This document shows, piece by piece, positions 50,492-60,690 of a stretch of 64,000 nucleotides of DNA; within the stretch, counting starts at the first letter, position 1; every line of letters starts with the position of its first letter. Both the position numbers and the translations under genes were made by a program. Source of the DNA: Mesotaenium endlicherianum. Its lineage: Eukaryota. The notes beneath the pieces are model-generated. The model had not been told where the DNA came from, did not search any database, and saw only the letters and a list, made by a program, of their open reading frames with translations. The stretch is taken from contig WELA01001627.1 of the NCBI GenBank assembly GCA_009602735.1, positions 97,578 to 161,577 of the forward strand. The letters are read 5' to 3'.

Positions 50492-50833
50492 CTGTCCCTT
50501 CAGTAGACAAGGGAACATGACAGGCGGTCCTGTCTCCATATAAGTTGGAGGGGGATGTGACAGTTAGTGACAGTTGTGACAGGCCGCCCACCTTCAAAAT
50601 TAAGTTGGAGGGAGTGGTATTCTCTGATCACCATATTACACACTCAACCTGCGCTCACACTCACTTGCTCTCTAACTCAATTTTCCCTTATATTCACNTC
50701 CTTATATTCACNNNNNNNNNNNNNGTATTCCACACTAGGAACTCTCCCGATCGCGTTCCCCTTCATCAAGGGCACTCAGTAGCGGCAAAATATCATGACT
50801 TCACTAACTGCATTGTGTTTATGATTAAGCAGG

Positions 50834-52495
50834 ATGACTCAAAAGTCGGAACTCAAGAAGAAGAGAAGGGCAAAAGAAGCACATGCAGAATACTTGCAAT
50901 TTCGTGGAGACATCGAATCATCTTCCATCTCCGCTCGGGAATCACAACGACTCCAACAACAGCGGGAGGCACAGAAGAAGAAGGAGGAGGAGGAACAGGC
51001 CAGACTGAGGCAGGAAGAAATGGACAGAAAAGCTGCAGAGGAGGCCAAGAAAGCAGAGGAGGAGAGGCAAGCTGAGGAGAAGCGGAAGCAGCAGGCTGAA
51101 GAAGAAGAACAGAGGAGAATCAGCAGCTACCGCTACACGGTGCTGGGCAAGGGCTTTAATCTACTGGAGGAGGCCTTCAAGGATGCCCAGAGAAGTCGCA
51201 GTGAGTCGCAGAAGGAAATCCTCCAGAGGGAAGGGGAGACATCCGAAAACTTTGACAAGTATATAGAGGTCGGCACAGGGCTCCTCCTCTACCACGATTA
51301 CGCCAGGATGGTAGGATATACCATCGGAGAGGCCAAGGCAATGGCCCAGGTGAACGAAGCAGGAGCTGTCTCGATTCCTGGTATCTGGGGGGCAGATAGG
51401 GTCATCAGGATGATCCCCATGGACGCGGACAGCTTCAAGGACTCAACACCCCACAACAGGTTCAAGGCCATGTACAATGAGGTGGAGAGGAGGAGCTGGG
51501 AATTCTTGGCCAGAGAAACCAGTCAGCTGGACTTTGCAGGGCACTGGTACCCTTGTACTCTCAAAAAGACAGACGCTGCCTTCTTCCAAAAGCCCACTGA
51601 TTGGCGGTGGATGACCATCAACATGAGGGACCAGCAGAATGACAGGGCGACGGATGAGGATTTCCTGACAGACCTAAACGGGAACATAGTATTGCCCCCT
51701 CACATTGCGGCTTGGGACCCAAGATTGGATGGAGTCAGAGACTGCATGAGCCAAGAGATGCAGGGGGACAGAAGCAGGGCCCGAGACACGATTACGCCAG
51801 GATGGCACGCTTATGCCAAATGGGCAAGTAAGCAGGGGGAAAAGGACCTCTATGCGGTCCGGACTCAGCAGCCCCCACCAGCACCCAAAAGGGGAAGGTC
51901 AGTAGGATATTCTTTTTCTCGGGAAGAGCTGGAGCAGCTGACAGAAGAGACCCCAGAAGTCTTAGAGGAACCCGGGGACGGAGAGGAGGAGGAGTCAGAG
52001 GAAGACGAGGAGGAAGGCGAGGAGGAGGACACTAGCCCCGCCGTGATCCTGACGCCTGCCACATCCCCTATAAGGGAGAAGACGGGGTTGGCCATGCAGC
52101 AACTCGCTGAAGAAGAGGATATCACTTGGCTGGGGACTGCCAGAGGACAGACCCCATCTCCAGGCAAGGAGACCCAGTCAGACAGGGCAGACAGGAGGGC
52201 TGCTCGGGAGATAGCCAGAGGCCTGCCAGCATCTCCCTCGCAGAGAGGGCATGTACCCTTGGCTCATGTTATGCAACATCCTTCTGGGATGCCGGTATAC
52301 GTACCTGTCAGTTTGAGGGCTGCCCAGGAGAAGGCTGCCTCCCTCCAGACTGTGCAGGAGGAAACAGCCCAGTTACTGCGTTCTCCACGGGGTCCTTACA
52401 CGGAACCCCCCTCTCTAACAGGCTTCAGAAGGCCCCAAGACAGGACGAGGTCTGGCTCCCCTGAGTATAGGGCCTCAGGGACATCTCCCTCCTAA
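50834..52495 (+). CDS. Accessory ORF3 of chromovirus G2, 553 aa, unknown function
   Basis: Intact sense ORF between pol and the PPT, with a homolog at the same position in G1. Coiled-coil N-terminus, Trp-rich conserved core, acidic tract and disordered tail. Confidence 0.85.
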   Translation: MTQKSELKKKRRAKEAHAEYLQFRGDIESSSISARESQRLQQQREAQKKKEEEEQARLRQEEMDRKAAEEAKKAEEERQAEEKRKQQAEEEEQRRISSYRYTVLGKGFNLLEEAFKDAQRSRSESQKEILQREGETSENFDKYIEVGTGLLLYHDYARMVGYTIGEAKAMAQVNEAGAVSIPGIWGADRVIRMIPMDADSFKDSTPHNRFKAMYNEVERRSWEFLARETSQLDFAGHWYPCTLKKTDAAFFQKPTDWRWMTINMRDQQNDRATDEDFLTDLNGNIVLPPHIAAWDPRLDGVRDCMSQEMQGDRSRARDTITPGWHAYAKWASKQGEKDLYAVRTQQPPPAPKRGRSVGYSFSREELEQLTEETPEVLEEPGDGEEEESEEDEEEGEEEDTSPAVILTPATSPIREKTGLAMQQLAEEEDITWLGTARGQTPSPGKETQSDRADRRAAREIARGLPASPSQRGHVPLAHVMQHPSGMPVYVPVSLRAAQEKAASLQTVQEETAQLLRSPRGPYTEPPSLTGFRRPQDRTRSGSPEYRASGTSPS

Positions 52496-54797
52496 TGGCA
52501 GTAGGCTGGGGACGGAAGGGACAGTACGCAGTTATTAGCGTTAGTATTGTCGAGGCGACAACATGATAAGTTGGAGGGACTGTAATTGATCAGTATATTG
52601 GTCGACATAATATTCATTTAAATAATATAATTAAATAAGTTCAGCCTGCTGAACTCTAGTTAATGGTCAATCTGCTGGACTTTATATTTAATATCAGTTT
52701 AATGACTCAGCCGAAAGTAGCAGGCTGGTGTCAGCTTAAGTCAGCGTGCTGACACATTCTTTGACAGCCAGCTGACTTCCGTACTCGGTAGCAGCGAACT
52801 GCCTCGATATGCATCTAAGTGTGGTATGCTAGATGAATTGCCAGATGACATCCCTATGATGGATGGCGATTCGGGATGATGGGAGATGGCGGTGGATTTG
52901 GTTAACCGAGGTCCTACCAGCGTGGTTAACTCCCGGGTAGGCGGTGCCATCGCACTGGCCGTTGAACAGTAAACTCATTCCATATACATATGCTAGGCAT
53001 TGCTCTCGAGTTCGGCATTCGGAAACGAGGCCAACGCTCTTGTACAGCTTACTGAGAGCGATCTGAATCCAAGGCCAGAAGCCATTGGTACGCACTGTCT
53101 TCTAACCTTGCTTATGTATGAGTTTACTGATTTGCATTATTGATGCTAGTTTACTCGCATTTGACTTACGAGTATTATTCACTGCTAGTGTGTTGTCCTT
53201 TGCCGATTAACCAGTTAACGGAAAATACCATAAAGATTACTTGCTGATATAAAGATCTTTATTAATTGTTAATCGCCTATTTGATAAGTCGATTCATTTC
53301 ANTATAGGAGAATCCATCGGGCATCACAATCTCCTCGTCATGGTCAAGAGTTCGCATAGTAATACCGTGCTTGGTGGCAAAATCTGCAGCAATGAAGTTG
53401 CCTTGAGCTCCGCTATCCACCAAGATGTGGACCTTCTCTCCTCCAAGGTAACCTCTCAAACTCATTGGGGCTAGAATGTCGTCTTCAACGGGGGTCTCCA
53501 CCTCACTTGGCTTGTTGTCTTCTCGTGAAGTGGGTCTTGGGGTGGTAGGCTCCTGGCCTACAGGCGCTGTCCGTTTTTTGCCAACTTTTTGGGACATGAG
53601 AGTGCACGATGGCCCTTTTTCTTACAATAAAAGCATAGTCAGGCCGTCATGAGAGCTTCTTTTTCAGCCGGGGAGAGTCTTGCTTTCACTTCTTGCTGGT
53701 TTCTTGCATCATAAGTGTCAATGGAGGATCTTCTACGCTTCTGGGCAGCCGCGGGGTCTCTTTCAATAACTCCAATTTCCATGGGTGGGTCCAGATTCGG
53801 ATGTGGAAGGGGCTGCGTACACCTGCGCCGCCAATGGCCGTGGAGATGTAGGCAATGAATGCTTGAAATCCAAGATATCCACCTTTTGCACCACTTCAAT
53901 GATCTTTGAGAAGTTCGTCAAGTCGCGTAATTCCACTTCCTTTGCCACCTTGGGCTTGAGGCCAAAGATGTAGCGATCAATCTTCTCCTCGAGAGACATG
54001 TTGGGGATCTCAAGAGTGAGGGCGTGGAATCTGGATGTATACTCTTGAACGGACGTCGTTTGCTTGAGATGGTGGAGCTTTCCTTGGGCAATCGTCTCCG
54101 CATTGCTGGGCATGAATTGCTTCTTGAGGGCCTCACGAAAATCTGCCCATCTTGCATATGATGGTGGGGGCTCTTGGCCGAGCATGGGGTGCGCCATAGC
54201 TTGATATATAGCCGCTTGGTAGTTACGCCACCATCATGTTGCTGCTCCCCTAAGTAAGGTAACGGCAAAGGGAATGTAGTCCTCCTCGGGTACTTCAAGG
54301 AATGCGAGGTACGTCTCTACTTGGTAGAGCCATAAACTCAGGTTGGCATCTTTCCCGGGGTTGAAAGTGTCGGGTTTGCCGGGTTTGATAAGTTTGCTTG
54401 CTCTCGTAGGCTCTTGTGGAGGCGCTTGAGCCGGGGCTGGATTTTGAGCGTTGCTCGTAATAGGGGCAACCATGGCAGCCATAGCTTCTCTTGACGCTTG
54501 CACGGTTGCTTCATAGGTGGCCAAGCCCACTTGGTTGTGGACGGTCATTAGAAAGGCTGCCCACTCATTTGCGGGAATTCCTTGTAGTGGGGTCAACTTT
54601 TCTATAGCTGCTGCCACGCGATTTGACACTGCTCCTCCTTGTGGTGCTTCTTGTTGTTGCAGATTTATTGAGTGTGCTCTCCGGTCGGCGTTGGAGGAGG
54701 GTCTTTTGGAGACGAAGCGCTTCCTTCAAAAGCTTGCTATTGGTCTTGAGGATCGGCCATCTTCTTGTGTTACCAAAGTGCCTAGCTCCGATACCAC

Positions 54798-55298
54798 TGT
54801 AGTGAAACAGATAGATAAAGTACTTAGTGAAATATTATACTTTATCTATTCAAGACAAGGATCTTTGAACACAAGAGGTAGCTTCTTGAAAGAGAGATGG
54901 CTTCTTGAAACTTAACATATTTCTGGAATTTGACGAGTACAAGAGTGATTCTAAAATGCCTTTCTATGTTAGCTCTTGTCTATATACTTGCTACATGAGT
55001 AATTTCTAGGAAGGTGCATGTTGATGTGTTGGCACCCAACACATCCCATAACTCGCCACCTCTTTCTAGAATAATGTACACATGTCCTTTTGACCTAAAA
55101 ATGGCACATTTGACTTTTGCCACATGGAGTTCTTCTAGGTCCTTCCTCTAACTTCGAAAATGCCTTTGAAGGTTCAAAGGACATGAACCAAGTCACTAGA
55201 GTATCTATTCACACTTGAATCCACCCAATACTACTCCTTATATATTCAAAAGCATTAAAATAAAACGAAACTAGTACATTATATCTCAAATCACTACA
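54798..55298 (-). repeat. 5' LTR of G3 (501 bp)
   Basis: 8-bp terminal inverted repeat TGTAGTGA/TCACTACA with an adjacent iMet PBS. Confidence 0.88.
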
Positions 55299-57731
55299 CC
55301 AAAAGTAGCGACGTTGCACACTACACAATGCTTCCTCTCCTCAATCTTAGCAGGAAAGTGTCTGTGGTCCCACCTAGCCTCTCCAACGTGCTGGCATGGT
55401 GCTGTCTTAGTTACTACCTTGCTAGGCCCTTCATCATGAGGATGGTGAAAATAGCACATCTCATCCATCACCTCCACATACATGTCAAATCTGTCGGAGT
55501 CATGATGCGCCAACTTGTACAGAATGAAAGCATTAGCAAGCACGCCATCAAAGATGCTCCAGTAAGCCCTATGCCACCACTTCCTATTCACTAGGACTCT
55601 CAATACTGTAGTTCCTAGCTAGACATAGAGAATCATACTGGTCTACTCCATCCTTGTAAGTATTATAATGCTCAACTAATTCAAGAGCTGGCACTTCCTT
55701 ATTCTCTTTTGCTAATACACGCCTAAGTTAAGTCTTAGGTGCAAGCTCTTTGGCTGTGGACAGAAAAGCACAAGGCTTGCTATCATTCCAAACATAAGCA
55801 ATCATAGCAAGCTGCTCATTATATGCAGCTAGACTGTAACTGCTGGGTGGACATTTGACTTCATGAGTACCATATCAGTTGGAAACTTTTTCCTATTTGT
55901 GATAACTGTTCCTATAGCACCATGCCCTTTCTTAGCTAGCAATGACAAGAGCTCAGGGGAAGTGAAGCCTCTGTCAATGATAAAATTGAACACTCTACCT
56001 ACAGGCAGCGTACTCAATAGGTCTAAAATTACCTTAGTCTTCAACCCATCAACTTTTTTTCTATCATATATAATGAAAGCATAACAAAAGTATGTAATGT
56101 CATCACACAAAGAAAACACTTCCATTCCATACTTGTAAGGCTTAGAGGAATTGTAGATTCTAATGCGACACTGTTTGTTTCTAATGGGTATTGTTCTCTC
56201 ATCTACAGTCATGTTTTCTCCTGGACTATAGTATTGTATAAAGGTCTTGTGACACAAGTCAGTGAAAGGTTGCATTTGCCATAATTTATACTCTCTAGAC
56301 TCTTTAGGAAAGTAGGCTCTAGTTTTGTTGTCCTTCACATGAAAGTACCTTCTAATGTCTTTGAATATGTTTCTACGCATGAACCTACCAAAAGAAGGCA
56401 AAGTAATAGGTCCGTTCATAGTTTTCTGCCAGTACTTACTAAGTCTAGGGAGAGCATGCAGGCCCATAGCCATACAAAGCCCATGATAGACCACAATTCC
56501 TGTGCAAGTGACAGGGATCCAGCCCTTGGCTTGACTTTGAGCAGCATATCTGTTAGTCTTTACTACAAGTTGCTCAAAAAACCAGATTGGCATGAGCAGG
56601 CAAAAGACTCCAAAAAGAGACAAGGCCTTGAACCTCCTGTCAAGGATTCCTTGCAATCCATGGTGGTGCTGCTTACTTTTCTTTAGCAGGTCCTCCTCAT
56701 AGGTCTCTCCAGGAGCAGCAGGCTGCCTATCCCAGACAGGTGGCACATCTTCATCTTCCGAGTCTTCTTGCTCCTCCTCCTCCACCTCCTCCAAGCTTGC
56801 AGCTGTTGGCAGGTCCTCCTCCTCCGAGCTCTCTCCATCAGAGCTTAAGCCACCAGCTTCTTCATCATCAGAGTCTAACTATACCTGCTTGCCCTTCTCT
56901 TTCTTGCTAGCTCTAACAGCATCAGACATGAACTTACTCCTCTGTACAGGACCTACAATATTGTTCTTCTTGAAAGGTCTCCCTCTCTTCTTACTTTGCT
57001 CAGACCCGGTTTGACTCTCTAGCATGCTAGGAAGTGTAACCTGTTGTTCATCACTGACTTGTGTGTCAAGAATAGCTCTCTGTTACTCTCTAAACAACTC
57101 CAAAGAATTCAATTGTAAATCCGATTGAGGAGCTACTGTTTTCCTCTTGTAAACGCCCAAACTAATCTCTTCAAAATATCTGCATCATCTCTAAGGTTTG
57201 ATTCAACCAACGCTTGAGTGTACATTGGCTTTGTCTTGTCAAAAGCAAAGAAGGCGACATAATGGTGCTCTTGCCCTCTCTTACCCTCACCTCTCTTTAT
57301 CACATCTCCCAACAGGTAAAACTCCTCATAATCATCTCCGAATTTATCATACGCCCACGTACGACCAAAGGTTACAGCCAAAACTAGTATCCTAGCCTCT
57401 AAAAGAGAGTCACGCGAGCTTTCTACGTCGGCCATGGCGGAAGTTAGCAAACAACTGCAAGAAATAGACATCAGTTTAAGTCGCAAAAGAGGACCTTCTC
57501 TTTGAAGAAATTGAAATTTTGGATTGGCCCGTTTGACCCCCCCGGCCCCATACTTGGTCGTTTTGACCTGTTAATTGAATGCCAGGTTCCTTGCGACATA
57601 AGCTATCATTTGAGATTCATTTCATTAAAAACAAATTAGTGTTAAGAAATTCCAAACACATACCAGAGGGCCAAGAAGTTGGTCCAAAAAGTGACAGTTG
57701 GTCCATATAGGGACCTCCGAGCTATCTTGTG
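55299..57731 (-). mobile_element. piggyBac element PB2 (transposase pseudogene from 57435 to 55299; 3' end cut by G3)
   Basis: TTAA at 57732-57735 next to the terminus CACAAGATAG...GGTCCCTATATGGACC, which resembles the PB1 left end. DDD triad in MTVDERTIP, IIDRGFTS and YNTYKDGVDQYD; also KPYKYG, KWWHR and the start of the CRD (HCVVC). Several stops. Confidence 0.92.
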
Positions 57732-57735
57732 TTAA

Positions 57736-58387
57736 CCCGAAAGAAACACCTTAGAAGTGGCCCAAGGGAGCCATCGATCGCAATCAAACCCGCGATTTCT
57801 CGGCCGACGTGTCGCGATTCCGAAGATAGTTGTAAAAGTCAAATGAAACATAATATGCAAAATCACTTTGCATCCATGCGGATTTGCTCCCGCAACCCTT
57901 TGTTTGAAGTTTTCACACCTAACCGACTTGGCACAGTGGTTATTATAGCTACCGGTTTGTGTCCGATGAATGTGTACGCAACCTCGCAAGCAGCCGTGAC
58001 TTTTCAAAAAGTCGCGTGAACATGAAAACGCCCGTTTGGCGTGAAATTGTTTTTCGGAAACCGTTGAAGAAACCTCCAAACGGCCAAACGGCGCGTTTCG
58101 AGTATTCGGCCAAGGGGATTTTACCCCTTCGACCGTTTTTGTTGAACATAAACTAGTGCCCTAGGTGGTGACTTGAAGCACTCCAGTACCTCACGTTGTG
58201 CAAGTTTATATACTTGCAAGAGTCATTGTGAGTGCAATTCTCACAAATACAAATTCAGCTTTAGTTTTTATTTTTGCTTTCTTGAGGATTGTCAATTATT
58301 TGAAGTTATCGTTATTTTATTTCCGCTAAATGTTAAATTTTCCTTGAATACAGAGGCAAGGTCCTCTCAAAAGACAGAAACGTTACA
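57736..58387 (+). repeat. 3' part of an LTR family B copy (candidate 3' LTR of G4)
   Basis: Collinear with 26296-26794 plus 37473-37616; ends CGTTACA; no PBS follows. Confidence 0.8.
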
Positions 58388-58622
58388 CTTTCGAGAGGAT
58401 ATTTGAACTACAAGCCGTTACACAAATTGCTTACTAACCTTGCGTGTGTATGAATTTACTGATTGCATGATTGATGCTCGTGACTGCATTTGACTTGTGA
58501 GTATTGCTTATGCATGTTGTGTGGTCTTCTGCTAATAATTTAACCAAAAAATAAAGATTTCTTGTTAATATGAAGATCTCTTATCAATTGTCAATCGCCT
58601 GTTGGTAAGTCGATTCATTTCA
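58388..58622 (+). repeat. 3' part of a diverged LTR family A copy
   Basis: TTTACTGATTGCAT...GGTAAGTCGATTCATTTCA terminus; it resumes roughly where 25514-25950 stops. Confidence 0.78.
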
Positions 58623-58625
58623 CTT

Positions 58626-59543
58626 TGTAACGATCCGAGCTATTTTAGGCGTATTTGGGACGTTTGCCCAACTACCTAAAGTACGTTATACTATTTATCA
58701 TATTATTTGATAAATGATTGCATCATAATCAATTATTCGCCACACGCGTGTGCCGATTAATTCCTGGTCGATTGGCAAATCGACCGAGATACTATTGCAA
58801 AAAGCGTCGTAACGTTACTCGACTACTTTGCAAAAGTACGACATAATTATTCATAAAGTTACTTTGATTAATTATGAGATGATAACTTAATAAATCTCGG
58901 ATTGATTAAGTTGATATGATTGTCATTATTTCGGATAATGCACAGTCACAGATCTCTCATTTACGACCAGTCGTTAATACGAAGAAACAGTCGTAAAAGT
59001 CAAATGACACGTAATATGCAAAGCAACTTTGCATCCGAGCGGATTCGTACCCGCGACTCGCGTTTGAAATGTTCACACCTAACCCATTGGCGAAGTATTT
59101 ATTTATAACTCCCGATTCATGAAAAAAATATTTGTACGTGACTCCGCGAACAGTCGCGACTTTTCAAAAGTCGCGCGAACGCGAAAACGCCCGTTTGGCG
59201 TGAAACGGTTTTTCGGAAATCGTCGAAAAGTCTCCAAACCGCCAAACGGTGCGTTTTGAGCATTTGGCCGAATGGGTCGTACCCCTTCGACCGTTTTCGT
59301 TAAACATGAACCAGTGCCCTAGGTGGTGACTCGAAGCACTCTAGTGCCTCACGATTTGCAAGTATAAATACTCGCAAGAGTCATTGTGAGTGCAACTGTC
59401 ACAAGCACACATTCTACGTTAGTTTTCATTTTTGCTATTTCAAGTATTCGTCAATTTGCACAAGTATACAGATTTTCTTTCCACTTCAATTAAATATTCC
59501 TTGAATACCGAGGAAAGATCATCTTGAAAAGCAGAACGTTACA
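58626..59543 (+). repeat. Intact LTR family B with iMet PBS (59547-59558)
   Basis: TGTAACG...CGTTACA inverted termini followed by TGGTATCGGAGC. Confidence 0.88.
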
Positions 59544-59679
59544 CACTGGTATCGGAGCTCTAATCACAATTTTCTTTGTATGGGAACGACGCAGTCTCAA
59601 ACTAGCAACTCTCAAAATATGGAGGGTGAGAACAATGATAACATAGAAGGTCAGGCAGAGATCCAAGTATTTGGACCTT

Positions 59680-60690
59680 GCAGACAATGTATCAAGCAAA
59701 TCCTTGATTTCGGGTAAAGAATACTTGTTCTTTACCGTGATTCTGTTTAAGGCTCTATAATCCACACACATTCGCATAATGCCATCTTCCTTTTTAACAA
59801 ATAAGATGGGTGCGCCATAAGATGATGGTAGGAGATACGTACCCATTCTCCTCCAGTTCCTTAATTTGTATTTTTAACTCTTCACTCTCCACATAAGATA
59901 AGCCATAAGTGCGTTGCCAAGGTGGCTAACTCCCAAGTGCAAGATTGATTTTATGATTTACCTCCTTTTTAGGTAGCAATCCTCAGGGCATGTTAAAAAC
60001 ATCATCATACTTAGCAACAATTTTTGTAGCAGTGGAGTGCTCCGGAGGACTCACATTTTTTTTCAACCACTTCTACAGGTTGAGGAGGTACCTCTTTGAG
60101 CAGCAGATAAAGCATTCTGTCTTTCTTACCGTTCCAACTTTGGACAAACTTCATTGCATTCAAGAACTTGCATCCTCCTGGAAGCTTTTCTTCTTCCTTC
60201 ATTTGCCATCCATACATGATAAGAAGAGCACTAGTGGGTGCCAAGTTAGTCTGCCCATCACTGGCTTCTCTCACTTTAATTGTACCTCTGCTCCAACACA
60301 CTTCAGCTTCATGTCTATTCAGCAAGGACCTTCCTAGCACGAGATTATAAAAGCCAGTGTAGAGTACTTGAAATGAAGCATTTCAGTTAAAACTGCAATG
60401 CCAGAACCTAACTGGACCTCAATAGGCTTGGTTATGACTCCTCCAAAGATACTTGAGGCATCTCCAATATTTTTTTTCTATTCCCTTGGGCAAAAGTAGG
60501 CAGTTTTAGCCGCTTAACTAAGTCCTTATAGATAAAAGTATTCGCCTTCGTCAATGAATGCCCTTACCTTCCTACCTGCAATCATGTAATGCAGTAGAAC
60601 AAGAGGGACTAACTCTTCCCGACCTTACATTGTTCTCCCGACTTGGCAAATAAATGTTGGACATCAAATTGAACAAGATTATCCAGAGTG
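59680..60690 (-). pseudogene. Inverted fragment of family A pol (PR to start of RT)
   Basis: LGRSLLNRHEAEVCWSRG and [25 protein letters not shown]; collinear with 46870-47880. Confidence 0.88.

Larger units (their letters stand above)
44477..53301 (+). mobile_element. Full-length Ty3/Gypsy chromovirus G2 (family A) with an accessory third ORF
   Basis: 721-bp LTRs 44477-45197 and 52581-53301 (TG...CA, highly similar); PBS TGGTATCGGAGC 45199-45210; PPT 52567-52580. Confidence 0.97.
42681..55298 (-). mobile_element. Ty3/Gypsy element G3 (5' LTR, gag, PR, RT, RH; integrase and 3' LTR missing), interrupted by G2
   Basis: LTR 55298-54798 with TGTAGTGA...TCACTACA ends; PBS TGGTATCGGAGC 54796-54785; gag from about 54760 with CFYCKKKGHRALSC; LVDSGAQ protease split at 53302/44476. 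Confidence 0.9.

Noticed and set aside
50834..52495. Calling ORF3 an envelope gene
   Set aside because: No signal peptide, TM helix or obvious fusion peptide; the protein is highly charged.
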